A DNA stretch of 32,000 nt, from assembly GCA_024275415.1 (NCBI GenBank), contig JAJRZD010000039.1, positions 1-32,000 on the forward strand. The letters run 5' to 3'. The notes under the pieces were generated by a model. That model had not been told where the DNA came from. It was given only the letters and a program-made list of their open reading frames with translations, and made no database searches. Position numbers and translations under genes: made by a program. The stretch comes from an archaeon (GTDB taxonomy: Archaea > Asgardarchaeota > Thorarchaeia > Thorarchaeales > Thorarchaeaceae). Below are positions 17,169 through 26,463 of the stretch, one piece after another; within the stretch, counting starts at the first letter, position 1, and each line of letters begins with the position of its first letter.

Positions 17169-18235
17169 TGCTAGTGACGAAGTTTCGTATTGGGATTCTC
17201 GGAGCGACAGGCATGGTAGGACAGCAGTTCATCAGGTTACTTGATGGTCATCCGTACTTCGAGGTCGGTCACCTGTTCGCCTCGGATCATTCTGCGGGAC
17301 GTCGATATGGGGATGTTACTCGGTGGTCGGTGAGTGCATCCATACCCGAATCTATAGGGGAACTCACCATTGAGAGTATATCTGAAATCCCCACTGATGA
17401 CATCGACATCCTGTTCAGCGCCCTCCCTTCAGACATCGCGGAATCAGTGGAAGAAGATGCGGCTAGAGCAGGCATCCTAGTATTTTCTAATGCTAACTCG
17501 CACAGAATGAAAGATAACGTTCCTATCCTTGTTCCGGAGATCAACTCAGATCATATCCGTCTAGTAGCACAACAGCCCTACGGCAGGGGCTTCATCGTAA
17601 CCAACTCGAATTGCTCGACAGCAGGGCTCGTCTTTGGGCTGTACCCGCTGATACCATTCGGAATCGAACAGGTTGTAGTCACGACTCTGCAAGCAGTGTC
17701 AGGAGGAGGTCTCAAGGGGGTTCCTGCCTTTGATATTCTTGGGAATGTTATCCCCCATATCAAGAATGAAGAAGCGAAAATGGAAACGGAAACAAAGAAG
17801 ATACTGGGGCAATTTACCAAGAACAGAATCGAGCCTTTGAAAACAGACATCAATGCAACATGTACAAGGGTTCCTGTCCTGAATGGGCATCTGGAGAGCG
17901 TTTCCGTAACACTGAAAGAGGAGATTTCTATTGAGGAGGCGGTTCAGCAATTCACCCAGTTCGAGAGCGGTATCATGGATCTGTCCCTTCCCACAGCTCC
18001 AAGGACACCCATCGTTCTCGTGGATGATGAAGACGGCCCACAGCCAAACAAGCATCTCCTCTTACCAGAGGACCCCCTAGGGATGGCTATCAAAATTGGA
18101 AGGATCAGAAGAAAGAGCAAGTCCCTGAGATTCTTGTTACTAGTGCACAATACGATTCGGGGGGCCGCTGGAGCATCAATCCTGAACGCAGAATATGCGT
18201 ATGCCGCGGGATACCTTGAGGGGGTGTCTGCTTGA
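17168..18235 (+). CDS. asd: Aspartate-semialdehyde dehydrogenase (archaeal type)
   Basis: GATGMVGQ, catalytic NCST, TRVPV and HNTIRGAAG. ATG 17168 follows GGAGGTG. Confidence 0.95.
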   Translation: MLVTKFRIGILGATGMVGQQFIRLLDGHPYFEVGHLFASDHSAGRRYGDVTRWSVSASIPESIGELTIESISEIPTDDIDILFSALPSDIAESVEEDAARAGILVFSNANSHRMKDNVPILVPEINSDHIRLVAQQPYGRGFIVTNSNCSTAGLVFGLYPLIPFGIEQVVVTTLQAVSGGGLKGVPAFDILGNVIPHIKNEEAKMETETKKILGQFTKNRIEPLKTDINATCTRVPVLNGHLESVSVTLKEEISIEEAVQQFTQFESGIMDLSLPTAPRTPIVLVDDEDGPQPNKHLLLPEDPLGMAIKIGRIRRKSKSLRFLLLVHNTIRGAAGASILNAEYAYAAGYLEGVSA

Positions 18236-19617
18236 AGGTAGTGAAGTTGGGAGGAGGTTGCCTTCGCGACGGGAGAAGCTTTCTGAGAGCTGCAAACCTT
18301 CTGAAGTACGAGCGGTTCGGTCAGACAGTGGTCGTTGTTTCAGCAGTGAGCGGGGTCACAGATCTGCTGGAATCTGCAATCCAGAGTGCCCTTGCCACGG
18401 AGAATGGAATATCTGACATTATCAAAAGATTGAACGACCTGCATACAGGCATTGTCAGAGATGCCATCATAGATCAGAGCAAATGTGACCATCTTCAGAA
18501 ACTCCTTCAGCCAAAATTCCAAGCTGTCGAAAGGATGCTCTATGGAATCTCATACACAGGGGAAGTAACGGAGTCAGTCCGTGTCACCATATTGAGCCAA
18601 GGAGAAAGGCTGGCGGCAATCATCTTCGCGGCGGTTCTAGCAGAGATTGGCAAGAATGCTAGTGCATTCGAGGCTGACAGAATTGGCATCGTGACCGATT
18701 CAGCGTATGACAATGCCACTGCGATACTCCCAGAGGTCAGAAAGAATATCAAAGAAAAGATTGTCCCGTTGATGCGCAAGGGGATTATCCCCGTTATTAC
18801 AGGGTTCTTTGGTCAGACACGAGAAGGGAAGACCTCATCCTTTGGACGCAACGGCTCTGATTACAGTGCTGCTGTCATCGCTCACGCGCTGGAAGCAAGT
18901 GAGATTCACATCTGGAAAGATGTAGATGGTTTCATGACAGCGGATCCAAAACTGGTGCCTACCTCTCGCTCTATCAAGACCCTTTCTTACTTCGAGGCAG
19001 CCGAACTCTCGTACTTTGGAGCAAGAATCCTCCATCCCCGCACGGTAGAGCCACTTGTAGGAACCAATACCCGAATCCATATCCGCAACATCAATTCCCC
19101 AGAAAACACGGCTACAATCATCGTCGAGTCCGGTAAAGAGGAAGAGGATGTCATCAAGAGTGTGACTTTCAACGGCGATATTTCGGTATTGAGAGTAAGA
19201 GGGGCAGGAGTAGGACACAAACCAGGTATCATTGGTACGATTGGAAGGGCTCTGGCTGACGCTAACATCAACATCTTCTCAGTCCTCACTGCACAGACAT
19301 GCATCAATCTGCTCCTTGACAATAAGGATGCAGTCAAGGGTATCGATGCGCTGAGACCGCATATCGGTGGCGTAATAGACAGCATTGAGCTGCGGACGAA
19401 TGTCGCTCTTATCGCTGTCGTAGGAGAAGGACTGTTGATAAGAGAAGGGTTGGCCGCCCGTGTCTTCTCTGCTGTGGCAAAGAAAAGCATCAATGTGGAG
19501 ATGTTTGCTGCGGGTGCTTCGGATGTGGCATATTATTTCATTGTGGCCCGCGATGACATGGAGAAGGCCGTAACTGCTGTGCATGACTGTTTCTTTGGCG
19601 AAAGGGAATGCAGCTAG
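18232..19617 (+). CDS. lysC: Aspartate kinase with two C-terminal ACT domains
   Basis: KLGG, VVSAVSGVTD, GRNGSDYSAA, KDVDG and EAAELSYFGA. TTG start overlaps the asd stop. Feedback specificity is unknown. Confidence 0.93.
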   Translation: MKVVKLGGGCLRDGRSFLRAANLLKYERFGQTVVVVSAVSGVTDLLESAIQSALATENGISDIIKRLNDLHTGIVRDAIIDQSKCDHLQKLLQPKFQAVERMLYGISYTGEVTESVRVTILSQGERLAAIIFAAVLAEIGKNASAFEADRIGIVTDSAYDNATAILPEVRKNIKEKIVPLMRKGIIPVITGFFGQTREGKTSSFGRNGSDYSAAVIAHALEASEIHIWKDVDGFMTADPKLVPTSRSIKTLSYFEAAELSYFGARILHPRTVEPLVGTNTRIHIRNINSPENTATIIVESGKEEEDVIKSVTFNGDISVLRVRGAGVGHKPGIIGTIGRALADANINIFSVLTAQTCINLLLDNKDAVKGIDALRPHIGGVIDSIELRTNVALIAVVGEGLLIREGLAARVFSAVAKKSINVEMFAAGASDVAYYFIVARDDMEKAVTAVHDCFFGERECS

Positions 19618-19630
19618 TACGTCCCCTCCC

Positions 19631-19640
19631 TCTTTTTTTT
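19631..19640 (+). terminator. Oligo-T archaeal terminator
   Basis: Pyrimidine tract ending in T8 (19633-19640) just after the aspartate kinase stop. Confidence 0.6.
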
Positions 19641-19674
19641 GAGAAACTACGAGTCCGGAAGAGACAGGCAATAC

Positions 19675-21633
19675 CTATTCGCCGAGTTCACGCAGCAGCG
19701 CCTTGTAGTGCTCTAGGACATGAGGGTTGCTGATAGCATCCTTGTTGGAGATGGGTCTGTGATTTGCAAGATTCCATATCGCGCTCTCCACCTTCTTCAT
19801 GCTGAAGGTATAGGGTATCTCAGGAACCTCCAAGATATATGCCGGAACGTGTCTTGGACCTGCTTTGATACGAAGTTCGGACTTGATACGTCCTTTCAGG
19901 TCAGCAGTCAGCTGGACTCCCTCTGCCAGTTTCACAAAGAGGATAATCCGTTGATCGTCCTTCCAGTTCTGCCCTACAACGATGCTATCAGAAACCTCGT
20001 CGAGTTCTTCAACGATGTTGTAGATCTCGGATGGCCCAATCCGCACTCCAGAGGGTTTGAGTGTGAAATCAGAACGCCCAAGGAAGGTCAGACCACCTGT
20101 ATCGTTATGGATGATGACCCAGTCCCCATGATGCCAGACACCAGGATAGACGTTGAAATAAGCATTCTTGTACCGTGTCCCGTCAGGGTCGTTCCAAAAG
20201 TACAGGGGCATCGACGGTGCAGGAGCCTCGCAGACCAGCTCACCCTCACGGTCAACGATGCTCTCGCCATTCTCGTCATATGCATGAATCTTCATTGCCA
20301 GACATGGGCCTTGGAGTTCGCCTGCATACACAGGTTGAATTGGAGTTCCTGCTGCAAAGCATCCGTTGATGTCTGTACCTCCGCTGATAGAGTTGAAATG
20401 GAGATTGTCCCTGATTGCTGTGTAGATATATTGAAATCCTTCAGCAGAAAGTGCAGACCCAGTCTGAGAAATCTCCCTTAGGGAGCTGAGGTCAAACTCA
20501 TTCTTCGGTATCGCGCCAACACTCTTGAGGTAGTTGATATAGGTCGCGCTGCAACCGAAGACAGTGACTTCCTCTTCTTGGATAATATTCCACATAGTAC
20601 GCCAGTCAGGATGGTTAGGATTGCCATCATAAAGAACGATAGTCGCTCCCACGGCTAATGAACTCAACATCCAGTTCCACATCATCCACGATGGCGATGT
20701 AGTGTACAGCATCCTATCTGAGCGCTTCAGGTCAGTGTGAAGCAACAGCTCACACAGATGCTTGAGGAGGACACCGCCTGCACTCTGAACCATGCATTTG
20801 GGCTTGCCAGTTGTGCCGGACGAGAACATGATGTACAGTGGATGGTCGAATGGCAGTTGTTCAAAGTCAATTTCAGTGTGCCCCTTGAGGGAAACGAAGT
20901 CAGGATAAGAAACCGCATGGGGAAGAGAACCCATGTCGAACTCGTCACGAGTGTAGGGTACTATCACGGTGTGTTCCAATGAAGGGATGCCTTTTGCTAC
21001 CACCTCTGCTTTTGAAATCACATCAAAGTCCTTGCCCTTGTAGGAGTACCCATCAACCGTGAAAAGGATGCGAGGTTCTACCTGTTCGAGCCTATCAAGG
21101 ACTGCCTTCGGGCCAAGTCCCGTGCCACATGAGGACCAGACCCCGCCGACGCTTGTGGTCGCCAGCATCGCAATTGCTGTTTCTGGAATGTTTGGCATAT
21201 AGGCGACAACACGGTCGCCGGGCTTGATACCGGATTCGCGCAGCGAACGAGCGACACGGACGACTGCTTCGTAGAGTCCGGCATAAGTTATCCTAGTCAC
21301 CTTTAGCGACTCGTTCCTGAAAATGATTGCATCTTGTGAATCTCGATATCTCAGAAGGTTCTCCGCAAAGTTCAATTTTGCACCGGAGAACCACCTCGCT
21401 CCGGGAAGCTTTGTGAGGTCATCGATCACTTCTGTGAAGGGTGTGGACGACCTGATGTCTGCGAAGTCCCAGAGTGAAGCCCAGAAGTCAGCAATGTTCT
21501 CCACAGACCAAGCGTACAGCTCCGAGTAGTTAGTGATGCCCAGCCCATATCTCCGATTCACGCTCTTGATGAATTGTGTGATGTTGGCGTGTTCAATGGT
21601 TGTGTTGGATGGGATCCATAATGGCGTCTTCAT
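19675..21633 (-). CDS. Acetoacetate-CoA ligase
   Basis: AMP-binding FSSGTTGKPKC, WFSGAKLNFAEN, WMMWNW, ISGGTD, WHHGD, GRSD and KKVE; 652 aa. Confidence 0.92.
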   Translation of the reverse strand: MKTPLWIPSNTTIEHANITQFIKSVNRRYGLGITNYSELYAWSVENIADFWASLWDFADIRSSTPFTEVIDDLTKLPGARWFSGAKLNFAENLLRYRDSQDAIIFRNESLKVTRITYAGLYEAVVRVARSLRESGIKPGDRVVAYMPNIPETAIAMLATTSVGGVWSSCGTGLGPKAVLDRLEQVEPRILFTVDGYSYKGKDFDVISKAEVVAKGIPSLEHTVIVPYTRDEFDMGSLPHAVSYPDFVSLKGHTEIDFEQLPFDHPLYIMFSSGTTGKPKCMVQSAGGVLLKHLCELLLHTDLKRSDRMLYTTSPSWMMWNWMLSSLAVGATIVLYDGNPNHPDWRTMWNIIQEEEVTVFGCSATYINYLKSVGAIPKNEFDLSSLREISQTGSALSAEGFQYIYTAIRDNLHFNSISGGTDINGCFAAGTPIQPVYAGELQGPCLAMKIHAYDENGESIVDREGELVCEAPAPSMPLYFWNDPDGTRYKNAYFNVYPGVWHHGDWVIIHNDTGGLTFLGRSDFTLKPSGVRIGPSEIYNIVEELDEVSDSIVVGQNWKDDQRIILFVKLAEGVQLTADLKGRIKSELRIKAGPRHVPAYILEVPEIPYTFSMKKVESAIWNLANHRPISNKDAISNPHVLEHYKALLRELGE

Positions 21634-21711
21634 TATAACGAATCATCCTGAACGGTTACAGAATGCACCTTGAGAATTCTGCTATTTGACCTTTGGGAAT
21701 TTCCAGCAACC

Positions 21712-22185
21712 TCACGTATGATGCTTCAGTCCGCGAATCGCAACGACGAGTCTGGTCGCACTTGTCGTTGGAATGTACCACGACTTCAGCCAGCCGTTAC
21801 GTTTCTCAACGCGGATCCATTGGGCGTAAGGAAAGAAGTATTGGAAATTCACCCACCAAGGCGGATAATCAAGAATATGGAAGTCAACGACATCGTCCAA
21901 TGCATGACTTGTTGTCCATACCATTCCATGCTTTATCCGCAGTGTGGTTGAGGTCAACTCGATTCTTGTGGGAATTATCAATAGATAGGGGATTGCGAAT
22001 GCAAGTGCAGGCACGAGAAACCAAAGAAGGAGGGCCCATATCCCCCAAGTTGGTTCAGATAGGACTATCAACAGATAGATTGGAGATTGTACAAAGAAAC
22101 ATGCAAAAGCGATTGCTCTGATGAGCGTTCGGTCATAGGGAGGATTGTCACACAGAAGAACGGAGTTGTCATGCATTTTGTACAT
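21712..22185 (-). CDS. Small membrane protein with two TM helices and a C-terminal PH-like domain
   Basis: Two hydrophobic helices followed by PTRIELTSTTLRIKHG...WIRV...WYIP. Likely start is ATG 22185 (ORF track gives 22248). Confidence 0.6.
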   Translation of the reverse strand: MYKMHDNSVLLCDNPPYDRTLIRAIAFACFFVQSPIYLLIVLSEPTWGIWALLLWFLVPALAFAIPYLLIIPTRIELTSTTLRIKHGMVWTTSHALDDVVDFHILDYPPWWVNFQYFFPYAQWIRVEKRNGWLKSWYIPTTSATRLVVAIRGLKHHT

Positions 22186-22344
22186 GTTAGAGTCTGTCCT
22201 TTTTTTTCTTTTATGGTAGCGCCCTCTTGAGGGTCGAGTGTCGTTCATTGTAATTGGGAACTTGTCATAAAGGAAACGCTCCGGATGATGTAATGTGAGA
22301 AGTGACGGAAGATATATCGTACCGAATCAGATTGTCACAATAGG

Positions 22345-23088
22345 ATGAATGAGAAGTCGATAAACTACGAGCGTTTTTCTGCAACATATGATAGTGTGCG
22401 AGATGGGAACTCCGAGATGGTTTCTTGTTTGCTTGAAGGTATCATGCCGACATCATCATTCTTAGCATTGGATATCGGATGCGGAACAGCCAATAACACG
22501 ATCCTCTTTGCTGAGGCAGCAGGTGCTTCTGTGATAGGACTAGATCTCTCACATGGAATGCTGAAGAAGGCGTCCTTGAAAGTGGATAGCCTACCACTGG
22601 TTCAAGCAGACGCCGAGTCACTCCCGTTCTTAAACACATCCTTTGATTTTGTGTTCATGACAGAAGTTATCCATCATATTACGAACGTTGAAACCGCTTT
22701 GTCCGAGATACATCGAGTCCTCAATGACGAAGGCAGAGTATGCATCGTTACGCAGTCGCACAAGCAGATAGAGAGGCGGTTGACTTCGAGGTTCTTTCCA
22801 GACACCATTACTATAGACAAGTCGCGTTATCCGAAAATCACACATCTTGAGAATTACCTTGTAGGAACAGGTTTCTCAAAGGTCAAAAGTAGAACCTACA
22901 CGTTCAGGTCTGTAAGGTTAGGAAGGAACTACCTTGAAACAATTGAGAATAGAGGCTATTCGATGCTCCACAAAATCTCTAATTCTGCATTCAAGGAGGG
23001 TCTCTCAATGCTTCGAAATGCGATGTGGGAGAACGAGTCTTTGGACAACACGGTCGGCTATACCTACGTCTGGGCTAAGAAGTGCTAG
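22345..23088 (+). CDS. Class I SAM-dependent methyltransferase
   Basis: LDIGCGT, GLDLSHGML, ADAESLPF...SFDFV and VLNDEG. Confidence 0.9.
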   Translation: MNEKSINYERFSATYDSVRDGNSEMVSCLLEGIMPTSSFLALDIGCGTANNTILFAEAAGASVIGLDLSHGMLKKASLKVDSLPLVQADAESLPFLNTSFDFVFMTEVIHHITNVETALSEIHRVLNDEGRVCIVTQSHKQIERRLTSRFFPDTITIDKSRYPKITHLENYLVGTGFSKVKSRTYTFRSVRLGRNYLETIENRGYSMLHKISNSAFKEGLSMLRNAMWENESLDNTVGYTYVWAKKC

Positions 23089-23115
23089 TCGTTCATAGTG
23101 ATTAGGAGGCTCCCT

Positions 23116-23463
23116 TCAGGTTACCTTGATAACGACCTTGTACTCGCTTTCTACCTCAAACCGGAAAAGGATTCTGATTGTCAGCGTTGTTTCGCCTGGT
23201 GCGACAGCCTTGAAGTACCAGTAGCCACGCTCTGCATCACCGCCCGTCCAACCGGGCTTCTTCATATGCTCTGGGTGGAGGTACTCTGTCTGAGTGTCCT
23301 CATGGACGAGGACAGAGGTATCCTCAATCTCGAATTCCGTGTCCTCGCCTACAGATCCGTGTCTGTGGAATCTGCACCGGAAAACATCACCAACCGAGAA
23401 TGATGCAGTTTGGTTCTTGCCCTTCCAATCAAGTTCAAGCATTCTCTCTTCAGGAGGCTTCAT
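23116..23463 (-). CDS. Chagasin-like (I42) protease-inhibitor-family protein
   Basis: HGSVGED, PGWTGGD...WYFKAVAPGETTLTI. ATG 23463 follows an AGGTGA SD. Confidence 0.65.
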   Translation of the reverse strand: MKPPEERMLELDWKGKNQTASFSVGDVFRCRFHRHGSVGEDTEFEIEDTSVLVHEDTQTEYLHPEHMKKPGWTGGDAERGYWYFKAVAPGETTLTIRILFRFEVESEYKVVIKVT

Positions 23464-23467
23464 CACA

Positions 23468-24217
23468 TCACCTGCCAAGTTCTGCAGCCAGACCGCGCGG
23501 AGTTTTCGCCCAGCGGTAGACCAAAATTGCGATTATGACCCCAACTGACATGCCCAGCGCCACCATCAGAACCGTGATTAATTGTATCTCACGCGGGAGG
23601 ATAGTGGGATCGCCTTCATGCCATTGAGAGATAATGATATCAATCAGATCTGAGCCCAATGTGGTAACTCGATAGCGACTGTATGCGAGCGTCCCCGTTG
23701 ATTTCTCATATCGCCATTCAAAGAGATATTCGTATATCTGACCACCTAGGCTGAAGGCAGAGTCTTCGATAAGACCCCATTCCTCATCAGTGTCAATGAT
23801 TGTACGCTCGGGATCGTCACTTGAGAAGTTCAGCAACTCACCGTGGAACTCCCAGTCTCCGATCAGAATTGCGAATGCAGTGGAATCTGCAAGCAACGTA
23901 GTATTGTCTTCAAGAACGAGTACTGCATGGGACAAGGGAATCTGGTCTGAAGTCGTGATTGTTTCGGGAATCTCGTCCATCTCTTTGATTGTGGCATTGA
24001 ACTTTGTTCCCTCGTCAATAGATGTGACGAAACTCATCCAATAGGGAAGGAGAGGGGCGTAATTTGTATCGAGAACCTTTCGTTGCAGTGCGTAAGTGAA
24101 TGTGTCGCCAACATCAACACCCCACACGAACGAATGTGCATTGGACATTGTCGGAGTGATTGTAAGTACCACAATGAAGACGAGCACGAGGAGATTCTTA
24201 TCACCATTCAACTTCAT
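23468..24217 (-). CDS. Secreted, C-terminally anchored hypothetical protein
   Basis: Signal peptide, WGVDVGDTFTY motif and C-terminal TM ITVLMVALGMSVGVIIAILVY. Confidence 0.7.
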   Translation of the reverse strand: MKLNGDKNLLVLVFIVVLTITPTMSNAHSFVWGVDVGDTFTYALQRKVLDTNYAPLLPYWMSFVTSIDEGTKFNATIKEMDEIPETITTSDQIPLSHAVLVLEDNTTLLADSTAFAILIGDWEFHGELLNFSSDDPERTIIDTDEEWGLIEDSAFSLGGQIYEYLFEWRYEKSTGTLAYSRYRVTTLGSDLIDIIISQWHEGDPTILPREIQLITVLMVALGMSVGVIIAILVYRWAKTPRGLAAELGR

Positions 24218-24272
24218 CTACTCACTCTCTGTGACTTGTAGTGGCACCATCATGAGTAATGAAGATATTCAT

Positions 24273-25025
24273 TCATGTGATTGACCTCAACTTCTGGTGC
24301 AGATCTTGAATCGTGTCTATGATCAGTGTCCCCTCCGGAGCCAAATGTTGCTGCTCTGGGTCGCACCACGTTATGAGTACAGGGAGCATCCCTGCTCTCT
24401 GCGCGGCTACTACATCATCCCCGACTTTGTTCCCGACGTAGGCACAACGGAACGGATTAGAGCCAAGATCCTTGGCAACCGTAAGGAGCATGTAAGGAGA
24501 AGGTTTTGCATAGCCGGGCACATGAGAATACTCGACTGCCCCGAAGAGATGCCCGATGCCGTCAGCGATAAGATATTTCCGTGGGTCACCAAACCTGTTT
24601 GAGGCGATGCCAAGCTTGTAGCCCAAGGAGTGGAGATATTCCAACCCTTCTTTGCACCCATCCACAAGGTCAGGCTTGATGCGTGACAGATACTCGTCCC
24701 ACTTTGACTGGTATGCCTCAGCAAGCATATCGATATCTCCATCAATGCACAGGGTTTCAAGTAACATCCGGTCATACTGTATCCAAAGATCCCGTGAAGG
24801 TTCCCAGTGCGAATCCACACCATGATTTAGCATGTACTTCACAAGCCAATCGTTGCGTTGCGTGTGCAATGCAGTTTCCATGTCCTCATCGGTAATCCTC
24901 TCGCATTCATGAATCCCAGCATCAATCAGATGCTTCCGTGCTATCTGGACAAGGTGCTCGTGTGACTTGTACAGGGTGCCACCAAGGTCGAATATTATCG
25001 TGTCAATCTCATTTCGTAACATCAT
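24273..25025 (-). CDS. HAD-superfamily hydrolase
   Basis: FDLGGTL, GIASN, KPSP and VGNKVGDDV. Likely start is ATG 25025/25022. Confidence 0.88.
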   Translation of the reverse strand: MMLRNEIDTIIFDLGGTLYKSHEHLVQIARKHLIDAGIHECERITDEDMETALHTQRNDWLVKYMLNHGVDSHWEPSRDLWIQYDRMLLETLCIDGDIDMLAEAYQSKWDEYLSRIKPDLVDGCKEGLEYLHSLGYKLGIASNRFGDPRKYLIADGIGHLFGAVEYSHVPGYAKPSPYMLLTVAKDLGSNPFRCAYVGNKVGDDVVAAQRAGMLPVLITWCDPEQQHLAPEGTLIIDTIQDLHQKLRSIT

Positions 25026-25059
25026 CTTCGCAACACACAGAACACGGTTCCACATTAGG

Positions 25060-25246
25060 ATTTGGGATTGCTAACATCTGCGAGAAAGCTGGACATCTCG
25101 TGGTAGGTGATTCTATACGACCGGACAGTACTATGACACAAGGTCGGACGACACGCGATACTGATCACACGGGGGCGTTACCAGTGCCGTCCTTGGGAGG
25201 ACAAGACTCTGGTGTCCTAATCTGTCCAGATTACAATGAACGGTGA
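25060..25246 (+). repeat. Dispersed ~190-bp structured element, copy 1
   Basis: Aligns with 30873-31068 at 149/179 columns from TTGCTAAC to the end, plus a 10-nt and a 1-nt indel. It lies between divergent HAD and TPR genes. Confidence 0.93.
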
Positions 25247-25293
25247 ATGTGAATCCTTTTGAATAGTCGAGTTAGTATTCCAGTGTGATTGGA

Positions 25294-26442
25294 ATGAGCA
25301 CTCCTGAGCAATCACTGAAGACAGTCGAAGAACACCTGAAGAACCATCCTGATGATGCGTCTGCATGGAACATCAAGGGTGTCATATTAGCAACGCTTGG
25401 CGAGTTTGGTCCTGCATTACGTGCCTTGAATCAAGCAATCAAGCTGAATGCTCAGTTACAAGAGGCATACGCCAACAAAGGAAGGGTCTTGCTGGCTCTT
25501 GGCCCTGACAATGCAACTGAGGCGCTGAAGGCATTCGACAAGGCACTCCATCTGAAGCCAAGCGACTATGGCACGCTGAAGGACAAGGTATTCGCACTAC
25601 GAGCATTGGGTAGGTTGACTGAAGAAAAGAAATGCTTGGAAACCCTTGTACAGGAAATGTCTGATGATTGGAAAGCGTGGATGAGGATTGGCAACATCCA
25701 GCTTGAACAGGGTGATTTCAAGCAGGCTGACGGAAGTTTTGGGAAGGTTCTGGATATCGAGCCAAACCATGCAGGTGCCATGGTTCATCGCGCTATAGCA
25801 ATGTCCATGATGGAAAAGTGGAGCAGTGCCATCAAAATCGCAAAAAGAGCATGCGATGTAGCACCAAACGACGTGGAAGTATGGCGTGTCCTTGGAGATA
25901 TCAATATCAGGGCTGGAAAGTATCGTGCAGCACTCAAGGCTCTCAAAAGGGCCAGTAAAATCAATCCCGAGGATGCTCAAGTCGAACTATTGATGGGAAT
26001 CGTCGAGTACAGGTCAGGACAACTAAGAGAAGCCATCAAGCACTTCAAACGCGCAACAATTCGGGATCGTAAGAGTCATCGTGCCTATCGAAACATGGCA
26101 CTTGTTTCCATGGAGATGGAAGACTGGCAGACTGCAATGAACGCATGGGAGCGATTCATTCGACTTGTAAACAACGATGCTGAGGCATACGACGCCCTTG
26201 CAACAGTCTGTGCTAGGATTGATGATTTCTGTGCTGCTTCTGAAGCATGGGAGAAAGCACGGAAACTATTCAAAAAAAGGAACGACACAGACAATGCATC
26301 GAGGGTCACTGAGCTAGGTCGAGCGGCTCGTATCAATTGCTCCAGACAGAAGAAGGCAGAGAAGGCCAGACGGGAGCACGAGAAAGCTACGAGGAGCTTC
26401 TCAGACCGCCACAGGTTGCGAGGTAAGAAGAAGAAGCGGTAA
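25294..26442 (+). CDS. Tetratricopeptide-repeat protein with basic C-terminal tail
   Basis: Multiple 34-aa TPR units (AWNIKG...AIKLN, AYANKG...ALHLKP, VWRVLG...KINP); ends RLRGKKKKR. Start 25294 or GTG 25285. Confidence 0.9.
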   Translation: MSTPEQSLKTVEEHLKNHPDDASAWNIKGVILATLGEFGPALRALNQAIKLNAQLQEAYANKGRVLLALGPDNATEALKAFDKALHLKPSDYGTLKDKVFALRALGRLTEEKKCLETLVQEMSDDWKAWMRIGNIQLEQGDFKQADGSFGKVLDIEPNHAGAMVHRAIAMSMMEKWSSAIKIAKRACDVAPNDVEVWRVLGDINIRAGKYRAALKALKRASKINPEDAQVELLMGIVEYRSGQLREAIKHFKRATIRDRKSHRAYRNMALVSMEMEDWQTAMNAWERFIRLVNNDAEAYDALATVCARIDDFCAASEAWEKARKLFKKRNDTDNASRVTELGRAARINCSRQKKAEKARREHEKATRSFSDRHRLRGKKKKR

Positions 26443-26463
26443 GCAGGAAAAGAAACAATCGGC

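Noticed and set aside
19720-20481. Long alternative-frame ORFs (19720-20481, 774-1214, 5195-5689, 18987-19493 and similar)
   Set aside because: They lie within well-supported genes on the opposite strand or another frame and have no recognisable motifs; treated as shadow ORFs.
24273-25025. HAD motif I variant DLGGT (no second Asp) as a pseudoenzyme
   Set aside because: The nucleophilic Asp and motifs II-IV are present, and loss of the second Asp occurs in several active HAD subfamilies.
24938-25246. 102-aa plus-strand ORF as a real gene
   Set aside because: Its first ~90-120 nt are antisense to the HAD gene and the rest is element copy 1; there is no credible start or family motif.
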